From positions 158,224,001-158,288,000 of the forward strand of contig NC_042999.1 in assembly GCF_006345805.1 (NCBI RefSeq): a stretch of DNA of 64,000 nucleotides, given 5' to 3'. The notes under the pieces were generated by a model. That model ran no database searches, was not told where the DNA came from, and saw nothing but the letters and a program-made list of their open reading frames with translations. The stretch is from Octopus sinensis. Taxonomy: Eukaryota. The position numbers and the translations under genes were made by a program. Positions 52,600-64,000 of the stretch are shown here, piece by piece; the first letter of the stretch is position 1, and every line of letters begins with the position of its first letter.

Positions 52600-52985
52600 C
52601 TTAGACAGAGTTACCCAAGGACCCAATTAACACCTTAGGCTCAATGGATCTCAAGATCACCATTGAGACTAATCTCACTTCAGTAAATTTCTTAGATGTT
52701 ACTTTAGATCTGGGCTCTGGTGCACACAGGCCCTATCACAAGCCAAACGAGAGACTGTCTTATATTAGCACAGCCACTCACCTTCCCCTATAATCTTTAA
52801 GAATCTATTGAATCTATCCTTGAAGATATCTTTGACGTCGCTGTCCCCTATTACAATGAGGCATCGCATCGCGTGGGTTTAAAGACCGTATCTCCTACAT
52901 TCCTGACCCTAGCACCCGGAAAATGAAGCGCCACAGAAATGTCGTTTGGTTTGCTCACCCTTCTCACTCTACGTCAAGACTTGTG
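52600..52985 (+). mobile_element. Penelope-like RT C-terminal (thumb/linker) fragment
   Basis: LKITIETNLTSVNFLDVTLDL...PYHKPN..LSYI...YYNEA...RHRNVVWF. Confidence 0.8.
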
Positions 52986-54287
52986 TGGGAAATATGCATA
53001 CATATTAGTATATGCCCCTATATGAACATAAGCACATAGAAACCAACAGATTTATAATTCTTATTTATACTATTCTTCGCCTAAAAGTTCACAGAACCTT
53101 TTAGCAAATAGCTTTCATCGAATTCGAGCCGAAAATTCTTAAGCTTGAATGATATTATTGTATTTGATAATGTTGTCCAGAGCTAATATTGATTATATCT
53201 ATTGTATCTCCTATAGACATTTTTTCCAGCTGATATTCTTAGACGTCCGTTTCTTATAGGCGCTCACAGTGAAAATAATTTTTTAGCGAGCTAATAAAAC
53301 CCCCGGTGTTCAATTCTATACATACATTTCTTATCGTAGCCCAAAGCTATGTGTCTAGTCTCACGTTTAATGAGTTGTATCTCATCCCTTAGTTTTCTCA
53401 GTAACCGAATGCCGTCTCCGCCGTTTATAAGAGATCTCCCAGTTCATTTTTGTTGGTAATTTCATTATATCTTAACTTCACACATAACATACATATGTAT
53501 ATAAAACGTTTAGTGCTATTATTATATATCGTTGAACTTAAATTTTCCTTCTCTGCTTGCTATTACTGCTGGTTATCAAAACACAACTTACAAAATAGTC
53601 ACTCCTAACTAAACTACAAAACGGTGACCCCGAGCCAAAATAGAATGTAGCCTACTGCTGAACAACGACGAAAATGTAATGTTGAATACTAAGCAATACC
53701 AATAGGCTGCACGAATCGACATAATACAACAACTACAGCAAAACAGCATACTGATGCCCGTCGCTACACCATTAAATTACCAATGGCTGTCACAAATCAT
53801 GGGAAATAATAAAAACTGAAAACTTGTTGAGTCATACTTAAATGGGTTGATGACAAACGACGAAGAGTAATAAAAATTATGCAATTTCACAAAATACAGT
53901 TGCTTTTACAAAAAGAGACATATGGCATCTGTCGCTTATTACTGGCAAATTTTCCTTCTTCTTAAAACCTCTTTCATTTACCCCAACTGAGACAAATTTT
54001 GTTTTGCTATATCACCTGTTGTATTGATATTTTAGTCACTGCTCCATGTCTTTCTGGTGGTGGGGAGGCTGAAATAGTAAGTCTACAAACACTTCATCGA
54101 ATATATCTGTCTACATTATCGTTTCGTTGTTTATTGCATACTGTTAGCAGCACATGGTTCACCGCCTCTAATGCTACTGGCAATGATAATGCTATCCTGG
54201 CCTTGCTGAAATTAACAGCTAACCAAGACATTATCCCGTCCCATCTTTGCATTCCTTAACACGGACTTGGCTACCTCAACATTCTGC

Positions 54288-54342
54288 ATGCGCATTGATC
54301 ATATAAATGAATGCGCATTGATCATATAAATGAATGCGCATT
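54288..54342. repeat. 23-bp tandem repeat, ~2.4 copies
   Basis: atgcgcattgatcatataaatga. Confidence 0.9.
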
Positions 54343-54744
54343 ACTCTATACTCCACATCACAACTTACAGTTGCTTACCCTTTTTTGCCCATTTGTCACA
54401 ACCAAAAATCTTCTTCAAACGGAACTTTTCAAGTTAGTTTCACTGTAAGACGCGTATTTAACTGAATAAATTTGAAGCTGTCAGTTATTCTACTAGTTCC
54501 CACGAAATGTATGCTCCCTTATAGTTTTGAAACATCAACTATTTTGTTGGATCCTGCAAGAAATACCACCAAGAACGACCTGAGGTCATTCTTTTCAACG
54601 CAACGTGGCTAAAAGACTTGATATGCATCATCGACTGACACAAGCTACCGTATTTTCACATCATCATCATCCCCCACGAGCAGGTTATCTCCATTTTCAA
54701 GATAGACTTTGCTGAACGGTTTCCCATTATTACTCTTCTTACAA

Positions 54745-55072
54745 CATCATAAGCGGAAACTGTAACCTCTCGAAAAAGCTGTTCTTCACTCCTACTCCAG
54801 AGCGTCGGCTGTGGGGTCACTCCGAAAAGCTCTATCTGCGACGATTTCATCTCAATCAAAGGAGAGGGGCTTTCTCTGTCCGGGTTGCGGATCCGTGGAA
54901 TAAGCTGCCGGACGAGATAGTGAAGATGCCGACGACCGCTCGGTTCAAAGTCTCCCTTGACCACAAGTGGCCTAAACTCTTTACATGAACACCACCCTGT
55001 ACATAACTCCATGTCCCCCTACATGGCCTTGCTTTTTGCTTTTTGAGCCAATAAATTAACTAACTAACTAAC
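54745..55072 (+). mobile_element. Short 3' end of CR1-like LINE (family of 37248-38056)
   Basis: Near-identical 3' ORF end and UTR; (taac)n tail. Confidence 0.9.
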
Positions 55073-57414
55073 ATTGTAAATCCCTGTAGAACACATTGAA
55101 CTGTCAGCGGTCTTATTTGCAAATATACATGGAACCTATTAGACATTGTAATGTCACGATAAATGTAGAAGTTCATACCCACAACTCAACTAGCGATATC
55201 CTTTTAAACTGACAACTGTCGCCGCCACCGCTGTCGCATCACCTTTGATCTTGCTTCACTCGCACTGTCTCTTTTCCTGTATGTTTTTTTTTGTTTACGA
55301 AAGTGTCACACCGATGCATCTCAAATTTCCCTCGTAGTATACGGACTCTGTAAAATGCAAAATACTTTCACAACCTGCATCACCATTGCTGTCTCAGAAG
55401 GAATTTCAAACATACACACGCGCGCACAACATATATACACACGTACAAACATACTCACTTACAAACACAAGATTTAAACATTCATCCATTATGCTGTATG
55501 CATCTATTTATACACGAGATTGAAAATAAAATTCCTAAATAAACAATTTGACTGAAAACATTGATATTACAATTTTGTATATTATGACTTGTGTAATTTC
55601 AATGACTACTCTATACAAGAACACTTTTCTAAAGTTATAAAGTTATAAATTGTTATAAAAATTGTAAAATATTTTCTATTGATTTATATTTAATTCGTAT
55701 TGCGTGTTTCCTCCGGCGGTTGTCGGTTTATTCTACCTTAAGCTTTCTCTTAAGTTATAATATTTATTTAGGCTTTCCTCTGAGTAAGGGGAAATATAAT
55801 GATTCAACGTCACTTATACTCAAGTGTTATCATCATATCTAAAACCCTAACTGCAGTTATATCGTCATATAGACATATACGCATGGAACGCTACATCAAC
55901 GACCATGTATGTTGAATATTTTAATCGAGTCCCTTAAACCGTTATAAGAAACATAAATCAAAGATTACAGAAATGCATATTTATCTATGCTCAGTTGAAA
56001 AACAAACGTGAAGAGAAACATTTTCTTTTTAATTATTTTATTTATATAAATATACATTTTATATTCATTTACAAGAAGAAAGATTACTAAGTCGTGAAGA
56101 AAAACGACTTTAAATTCCTTAGCTAATTTCTTTTTCTATCTAATACGTTAACCAACAAATCAAAATAGATTTGTGATTAACGTATACATGGCATAAAAAT
56201 TTACCGATGTCACCAAAAGAGTGAGTGTCGTGGAGTTGAATGACTACCGAACGAACACTGATTTATCTTCCAAAATCCAGGGTTTTTATAACTGCTCAAC
56301 TTGACTCAAAAAGAATTCAAATTCACGACAGATATTCTTTACGAAACTTCTAGAATCTTTATATGAGCAGTTATATTAACTAATGGCAAAAAAACGAAAA
56401 TGATAATTCTTCGGCAAAGACATTACGTCATATTGCCAATTCACGCCACATTTCAAAATGGCTAAAATGGCTATTGCTACACGTGTTTGTTGTTAGAAGT
56501 TAATGCATTCACTACAAAGAAACGCGAACATATCGTTGCTTTGGTTCCCTGGTTTCGTTCGTTTGTCCTATAACAAACTCATTACGTGGGGCTTCCCGTA
56601 GAAAGTATCCTTGCACGAATTTGAATCGGGATTGCTTAAATTTGGAATTGAAAATTGCTGGTGAATAACATTACTATATTTGGTAATGTTGACCACTCAT
56701 GATTAACAATTATTATATTTCCTGATGTTGTCCAGAATATATTTTGGCTACATTTTTGAACACTATTATAACGCCCAGTGCCACTTTTCCCATTCAACCA
56801 TCTCTGTTGTCAGTTTTTGATAGACATTAACAATCGAAAAAGAAATATTTAACTTTTACATCTAAATGGAACGTTCTAGACTTTTTCATCAATGTCATAA
56901 AAACAAAACCTTGTGTTCAGCTGTATTCGCGGAATTTATTCATTGCGGCCGAACGCTAATTTTTGATCCACGTTTAATAAAATGTATTTTAGTCCTCAAC
57001 TAAAAATTTATTACTTTTTGTAACAGAATTTACGTTAATTTGAGATTTTGTCTGTTCGTAAGTGATAGCAATTTCATTATGACTAAATTCATACATATAA
57101 CATACAAAAATACAACCTTGAAGGTAAATAATTATTTACCATCAAGGAATTCGAAACTTTTTTATAATATATATTATAATAGTTCAATCTCATATCATAA
57201 ATTTCCAGTATGTTTAACTGCAGAACTAATAAATTGGCATACAGAAGAAGAAGAAGGAAGCAATATAATAAAACTAAAGCCTAAATCTTATTTAACCTAT
57301 GGTTGAAAGCCAAAATCATTTCCATAATTTCCATATTCTATTCACAATGAAGATTTTGGCAAAATGAACCCCCAGTGCCTCTGCTGCGCATAAATCTCAT
57401 TGTCTTCTTTTCAG

Positions 57415-57496
57415 TTGTATTGTATGGACCAACCAAAATTGTCCATTTTGCCAAATATGGAATGTTCTTATCTGAAATATTTCATTTGTAACCCTA
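57415..57496 (+). CDS. Candidate host exon encoding the C-terminal cysteine signature of a C-type lectin-like domain
   Basis: tctcat...tcttcttttcag acceptor and GTGAGT donor; LYCMDQPKLSILPNMECSYLKYFICNP fits C-M-x7-L-P-N-M-E-C-x5-F-I-C. Confidence 0.45.
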
Positions 57497-57506
57497 GTGA
57501 GTGAGT

Positions 57507-57537
<31 letters not shown>

Positions 57538-57859
57538 AGAAAGAGAGAGGGGAGAGGAAAAGAGAAAGAGAATGAGAAAGAAGAGAGAGAGAGAAAGAGA
57601 GAGCAAGTGAGAGAAAATGAGAGAAAGAGAGAGCGAAATTCTTTTTATGAAATTGCAGTTTTCACCTTGTTTGCAATTATTAGTGACTATATTATCGTAA
57701 TACACCATATTAGCTACGTTAACGGATGCAATATTTGTACTACACAGGAGAATAAGATAACTGTATCCTATTGAATATTTCATAATGCATATACGGATGT
57801 GTTCATAAGTAATATGAAAAACTTGGTTATTACTATGGCAGTTTCGAAATCAGTGTCTA

Positions 57860-58088
57860 GGCGGCGAGCTGGCAGAAACCTTAGCACGCCGGGCGAAATG
57901 CGTAGCCGTATTTCGTCTGCCGTTATGTTCTGAGTTCAAATTCCGCCGAGGTCGACTTTGCCTTTCATCCTTACAGGGTCGGTAAATTAAGTACCAGTTA
58001 CGCACTGGGGTCGATGTAATCGACTTAATCTGTTCGTCTGTCCTTGTTTGTCCCCTCTATGTTTAGCCCCTTATGGGTAATAAAGAAA
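57860..58088 (+). mobile_element. SINE family B, full-length monomer
   Basis: ggcggcgagctggcagaaac head, gagttcaaattcc B box, ends gtaataaagaaa. Confidence 0.9.
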
Positions 58089-58448
58089 CATATATTCCAT
58101 TTTCAACATTTATGACGTGTAAAAACATAAATACACTTCTAACAGTGGTCACATTATACAAGTTAAATACGACTCATACACAGATAAGCGCGATAGTCTC
58201 ATTGAGAAATTTCTAATCAAACTTTTAGTGCTTTTAGTAGAGTGGTTAGTAAATTCGTTTATACAATAGTCTCTTGTCCTATTTTTATATGGATAAAACA
58301 GGGAAAAGAACTTTAGATTAAGAATGGTAACAGCATACAGAAAATTTTATGTATTGTTCATCTAAAGGTAGATGTTATATGTACATACATACATGCAAAC
58401 AATATAAATATATATATGCATACATAAATTTTTATTGATAGGTATGTG

Positions 58449-58541
<93 letters not shown>

Positions 58542-58598
58542 ATATCTGTGTGTCTGTGTGTCTGTCTATCTATCTACCTATCTTTTTCTCCATTATAT

Positions 58599-58647
<49 letters not shown>

Positions 58648-58650
58648 ATG

Positions 58651-58718
<68 letters not shown>

Positions 58719-59811
58719 ATATATCACTATCTTAAGAAAGAGAAGAGACATTTATTCTATTACGATGCACAATAATACTCCATTTTGATGCATCAGCTCT
58801 CTTTTCTTTTCATATGAGTATATATGTCTTTGCCTATCCATTTACGCCAGGCATTTCTGAAACAACATGATGCGATGATTCATCAACTGAGAGACCTTAA
58901 AAGCAGTGGATAATAAAGAAAGTAGCTTATCGTGCAAAATGATTTATATTTAGCTACGTTATTCTTATGTTCTAAGTTAATGTTCGACTGAAGTTGACTT
59001 TACCTTTCATCCGTAACGTGCGCGATAAAACAAGTACCATTCAACCTAATTGATTATAAGTTATTCCACAAAATAGTGGCTTTGCGTCATGTCAAAAATT
59101 ATTATCCGATAGAGTAGGTTTATGTAACCTACGAATAAATATAAGGATCAAAAGAAACAAGTAATTGTCTACGTTAGCGAAGATTATTCAATAAATTTCG
59201 CGAATTTGAATTACTTCTTAAACTCTGTGTAGACGTGCATTGTGTTCTGACATTTCAAGCGTAGCCCTTCTTCGGGCAGAGAAATCTAAAGTGATTCGGA
59301 TCACGTTTAAGAATATACAACATAAAGAAAGATAAAATGAAAGAGTAACGAATGTAGGGGGTAACAATATGGAGAGAGTTCTTATCGAAACAATGAAATG
59401 AAGAAAGATGGCGACAAAAAGAGGTGGTAACAAGTTATACATAGACTAAAATATAATCGCGAATGCATAGCTACTGAAAATATAAACACATAAACATATG
59501 TACCTAAATAAGCACATGGTAATATATTCCAGTTTAGAAATATGCAGGGGGAAAGCGCACAGTTTAAGACTAGACCTGTAAGAAACATCAGCTCTTTCTT
59601 TCTCAATATCGATGTACACACACATCAATATACATACACATATCCGAAAAAAACGCCTGTTTAATATCATACTAGAGGGTCAAAACTTGTTTGATGATCT
59701 TGTGCATCCACGGGCAACTCTCAGAGTAACAAGAGACAGATTCGATGAAAACGATATATACGCACACGCACGCATGTACGCACGCGCTCACACACACATT
59801 TACACATGCAC

Positions 59812-59889
<78 letters not shown>

Positions 59890-59890
<1 letters not shown>

Positions 59891-60167
59891 TCCGTAATAA
59901 TGAAGGGTGAAATTAATTAATTTGGAAAAATTATCAATTACACCAAGTAGTCTTCGGCATGTAAAAGCCTCATTCGAGGAAAATTTAAGTAATACTAAGC
60001 AATAAGGGTTTAGCAACGAGTTGCCTTACCACATACCGAATTTAGAAATAGCAGTCAAAGGGTTATAGCTATTTCTTCTTAGTAGAAGAAATAGCTATAA
60101 CCCTTTGACTGCTATTTCTAAATTCGGTATGTGGTAAGGCAACTCGTTGCTAAACCCTTATTGCTTA

Positions 60168-60171
<4 letters not shown>
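59890..60171. repeat. 180-bp perfect palindrome (59992-60171, 4-nt loop) in Penelope-like terminal sequence
   Basis: 88-bp arms, loop tagt at 60080-60083; right arm ends in (TA)n, left arm continues to ~59890. Confidence 0.85.
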
Positions 60172-60232
<61 letters not shown>

Positions 60233-60239
60233 ATATAAA

Positions 60240-60458
60240 ATCAAAATAAGGGTGAAAAAATTGGATATTAATTTAATAACATCAATTTGACACCAGTGGT
60301 TTAGCGTATAAAACTGAGATTCAGTAAATATTATTAATACACAAACATGAGAGAGAATTCACTATGTGGACGCTCGAACGGTTAGTGGTTCAGACTCTTG
60401 CGGATCTATCTTTAGCGTTAGAGCGTCCACATAGTGGATTCTCTCTCATATTTGTGTA

Positions 60459-60463
<5 letters not shown>
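60240..60463. repeat. 43-bp inverted repeat with 45-bp spacer (60333-60375 / 60421-60463)
   Basis: Two mismatches; right arm ends in (TA)n; upstream part resembles 59890-59950. Confidence 0.8.
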
Positions 60464-60521
<58 letters not shown>

Positions 60522-61936
60522 TATATATAGGCATATCCACGAAAGGTGTTAAGCGATGAAGGAAATAAGTCATTAAAAGAGGAAGAATAGTGAGTAGATG
60601 AAAATGACCGAAAATATGTGTGTGTGTGTGTGTGCGTATTTGTGCGAGTGTGTATGTGTGTGCACGGGTTTTTTTATCAGTGTGTGCGCGTATGAGCATG
60701 TGAAAATCGTAACGAACGTTAGCGAATAGAAGAAAAGCCCAAAAGGACATGACGCAGATTAGAAAAGAGAAGGGAAATAAATAAATGGTAAAATGTTGGT
60801 GTCTTGAATTGTGGCGGATACTAGATTCCTGTTGTAGAAGTAGCTGTGAACCGTTGCTTCCTTACAGATATCAGCGCACCAGCTCACCAACCGTTTTGCC
60901 GATAGTGGTGGTGTAGATGTATAGTTTTCGGAGCGAGTCAAATTCTAATGGCAGTGACAGAAGAAGTGTATTGTAATTCAAGTTGGAAAACATTGGTGAA
61001 TTAGTTGAAGTGATATAATTCGTGCGGTGACTGAGCTGTTTTTGAAGTTGTCATGACGACATAGTCTAGAGTGTATATTACTACCCAGTTTCTTGTGCCT
61101 GTTGTTTTACTTAGTTTTCGTTACGACAGAGAATCTCTAGATGAGACAAGTTCAATTATTTCTCTCTGAACACCACATACTTTACAATCCAGGTAGGTGT
61201 CTTTTTCAATGATGCTTTTCAATAAGTTTTGATTGGCAGTCAGCAATTTTCAGCAATCATCAATTACGTTTTGTCTTCAAATCAGAACCTCGGAAAATCA
61301 CGCCTTGGGTAAATAAACGTCGTACTTTAGTTCTTCCAATTCTGACAGATTACTGTACAGGAAAATGTTGTCTCATCTTTTGTATAATTTACTCAAATAT
61401 AATATTTTCAAGAGCTCTTGTTTTAGACTTGTATTTCATTAATTTTGTTTCATTCAGAGTATTGACTTTGTTTTTCTTGTTCCTCATTAATCCAGTATAG
61501 TTTCTTAACAAATGATATTAATTTATTTTCCTTTTCATGTTTCTTAAGTATTGCAATTAAAATGGAGATATATTCTGCCATACTTTTACACAAGTTTTGA
61601 ATGGTTATCTTACAGTAATTTTCTAATTGGCAGAAGCTTCTTACACAGCCACTCCCAATGGTAAATCAATTCATTATGATAAAACTATACCTTATCACAA
61701 CCGTAGTCCATGCACCAATACTTATTAATTTATTCCCATATGTTATTTCTATTACCAAAGTTTTATCTCCTGAGTGCTAGCCTGTGTATTGACAATATTC
61801 ATTATCACTTATCCTTAAGTATTTAGAGGATAGTCATTGTATCGATAACTCAATTTCAAAATATCTAATCGCATATGATGTGTTATATATGATTTCATAT
61901 AATCAGTGCAGTGATAGTATCTGTGATAGTATCGAA

Positions 61937-62326
61937 TGGAATGAAAGCACTCCGTCGGTTACGACGACGATGGTTCCGGTTGATCCGAATCAACGGAACA
62001 GCCTGCTCGTGAAATTAACGTGTAAGTGGCTGAGCACTCCACAGACACGTGTACCCTTAACGTAGTTCTCGGGGATATTCAGCGTGACACAGAGAGTGAC
62101 AAGGCCGGCCCTTTGAAATACAGGTACAACAGAAACAGAAAGTAAGAGTGAGAGAAAGTTGTGGTGAAAGAGTACAGCAGGGATCACCACTATCCCTGCC
62201 GGAGCCTCGTGGAGCTTTTTAGGTGTTTTCGCTCAATAAACACTCACAACGCCCGGTCTGGGAATCGAAACCGCGATCCTATGACCGCGAATCCGCTGCC
62301 CTAACCACTGGGCCATTGCGCCTCCA
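61937..62326 (-). mobile_element. tRNA-derived SINE family C
   Basis: Head tggaggcgcaatggcccagtggttagggcagcgga, B box ggtttcgattccc. Confidence 0.9.
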
Positions 62327-62587
62327 CGGTGATAGTATCACCAATAGTCTGAAAGCAAACAAAACAGTGATTGGCAGCTGACAGGATATGATACAACAAA
62401 TAGGTAACCCTTGCCGAGAGCACCATGTGCTTACACTAAAAATCAAACGCGAGTTCCTGTTACGTCACTTTATATCCCTAGCTTCACAGTCATACTGCCA
62501 ACTCGAAGAGCCGTGGCTGAGCTCACACGTCAACTTCACCCAGTTCAACGAACGGTTTTCTATCGATAGATCGGTCAACTCTTGACA

Positions 62588-62957
62588 GGAGGAGCAATGG
62601 CCCAGTGGTTAGGGCAGCGGACTCGCGGTTTCGATTCCCAGACCGGGCGTTGTGAGTGTTTATTGAGCGAAAACACCTAAAAGCTCCACGAGGTTCCGGC
62701 AGGGGATGGTGGTGGTCCCTGCTGTACTTTTTGACCACAACTTTCTCTCACTCTTACTTCCTGTTTCTGTTGTACCTGTATTTCAAAGGGCCAGCCTTGT
62801 CACAATCTGTGTCACGCTGAATATCCCCGAGAACTACATTAAGGATGCACGTGTCTGTGGAGTGCTCAGCCACTTACACGTTAATTTCACGAGCAGGCTG
62901 TTCCGTTGATTCGGATCAACCGGAACCCTCATCGTCGTAACCGACGGAGTGCTTCCA
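62588..62957 (+). mobile_element. tRNA-derived SINE family C
   Basis: Inverted partner of 61937-62326 with a short deletion in the head. Confidence 0.9.
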
Positions 62958-64000
62958 CCAACTCTCGACAGTCACTGTATAAATTGGATCCAACAAAACT
63001 TTTCGTTCTATAAGTCTCACACGAAGCACGGATTAAATAGTTAAGCGGAAAGGGTATAAGAAACATTAAATCATTTTTGTATTTCCATAAAGAGCATGTG
63101 TAATTCCATCCCACATTGACATGTGTATAAATGCAATATATACAAACACAGTTTATACAAACATCTCAGTTTAATAAGTGTCATGCACGAAATTTACGGA
63201 CATTGAGTAACTTTTATTCTGATTAAAAGATTTACATGTTCTGAGTTCTCATTTCTTCTGTTCTAACAAATATATATAAATATATACATACATATGCCTA
63301 CTATATAAATGAGAGTATATGTGGTTATGTATGTGTGTTTAACTCCGAAAGGCCGTGAAATGGTCAGTCCTGGAGAAAAACGAATTAGTTTTTCGAAATC
63401 TGCGTCCCAAACAGAAGGTTGCCCGTAAATAATAATAAAAAAAGAGAAGTCAAATTTTAAGTCGATGAATCTCCCAGTCTGTATTTGTCACTATCAAGCT
63501 CCCTCTCTCACATTTACGTCTTCTTCTCTCTCTCTCTACATTTGCCATATCTTTATCACTCACTCTCACTCCCTCTCTGTATATCTCTCACACATTGTTT
63601 TCCTTTTCTTTAAAACATAGTCTTCTCATATTTACTTTCACTTTATGATACACGGATATCACTCACAAACCCTGATTTCTGAACGAATATAAATGATCAA
63701 ACTTTAAGCTTCTGTAAAAATTGCAAATTTTTTCCTGGAATAAATAAATCACAAATTCGGATTCAGCGTGAAAAAGTACATCAATATACCAAATTTGAAA
63801 AGTTTCAATTAATATTAAAATTTCAAAGTCTATGACAGCAACAGAAAATTTCTTTCTATTCACATCTTTCTTTTTTTTTTCGGTTTTAAATTTTTTACAC
63901 GATAAACTTAACCCTCTCTCTATATATTCACCACTCTTTCTTTCACTCTCTATAAATACATATAGCACGCACTGTGCGCGCGCATGTGTGTGAGAGTGAG

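Noticed and set aside
53402-53455. Possible exon NRMPSPPFIRDLPVHFCW with AG/GT borders
   Set aside because: Phase is incompatible with direct joining to the other candidates and no homology was recognised; indistinguishable from chance.
56400-56620. CRE-like (ttacgtca) and E-box (cacgtg) motifs
   Set aside because: Short motifs expected by chance; no supporting promoter evidence.
57200-57306. LINWHTEE as an upstream C-type lectin exon
   Set aside because: No suitable phase-0 donor and only a weak motif resemblance.
59941-59985. Hammerhead-like layout on minus (CGAATGA-ggc...gcc-GAAG)
   Set aside because: G5 and GAAA are both broken and stem I is unconvincing; at most a dead relic.
61200-61900. 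Possible decayed LINE linker on the minus strand
   Set aside because: Only compositional resemblance (K/N-rich); no diagnostic motif.

Overview
AT-rich, repeat-saturated eukaryotic DNA, most likely intronic or intergenic sequence of an octopus-type cephalopod (inferred from the SINE and LINE families, not verified). No CRISPR array, rRNA, intact tRNA or complete protein-coding gene is supportable. Most supplied ORFs are microsatellite translations or transposon debris. Recognisable content: two full-length but decayed mariner elements plus fragments, three tRNA-derived SINE families (about 20 copies), LINE fragments (Tx1/L1-like, CR1-like, RTE-like, Dong/R4-like), Penelope-like elements (GIY-YIG, RT and terminal-repeat pieces), Helitrons, a hAT MITE and many microsatellites. 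Notable patterns: (1) at least eight foldback palindromes or inverted repeats, each with one arm ending in a (TA)n tract, made of Penelope-like terminal sequence and associated with minimal type-I hammerhead ribozymes, several with recurrent non-canonical cores (G3:C8 swap, C4, extra base after A9); (2) apparent partitioning of microsatellite types among retroelements, including a (TAA)n cluster holding a Dong-like LINE, an unclassified ~558-bp non-coding element and a tRNA-only mini-SINE; (3) a ~1-kb inverted duplication datable by a later SINE insertion; (4) a Helitron remnant containing a CR1 fragment; (5) a few plausible + strand host exons, one matching the C-type lectin cysteine signature. 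All structures and translations were read by eye; none were computationally verified.
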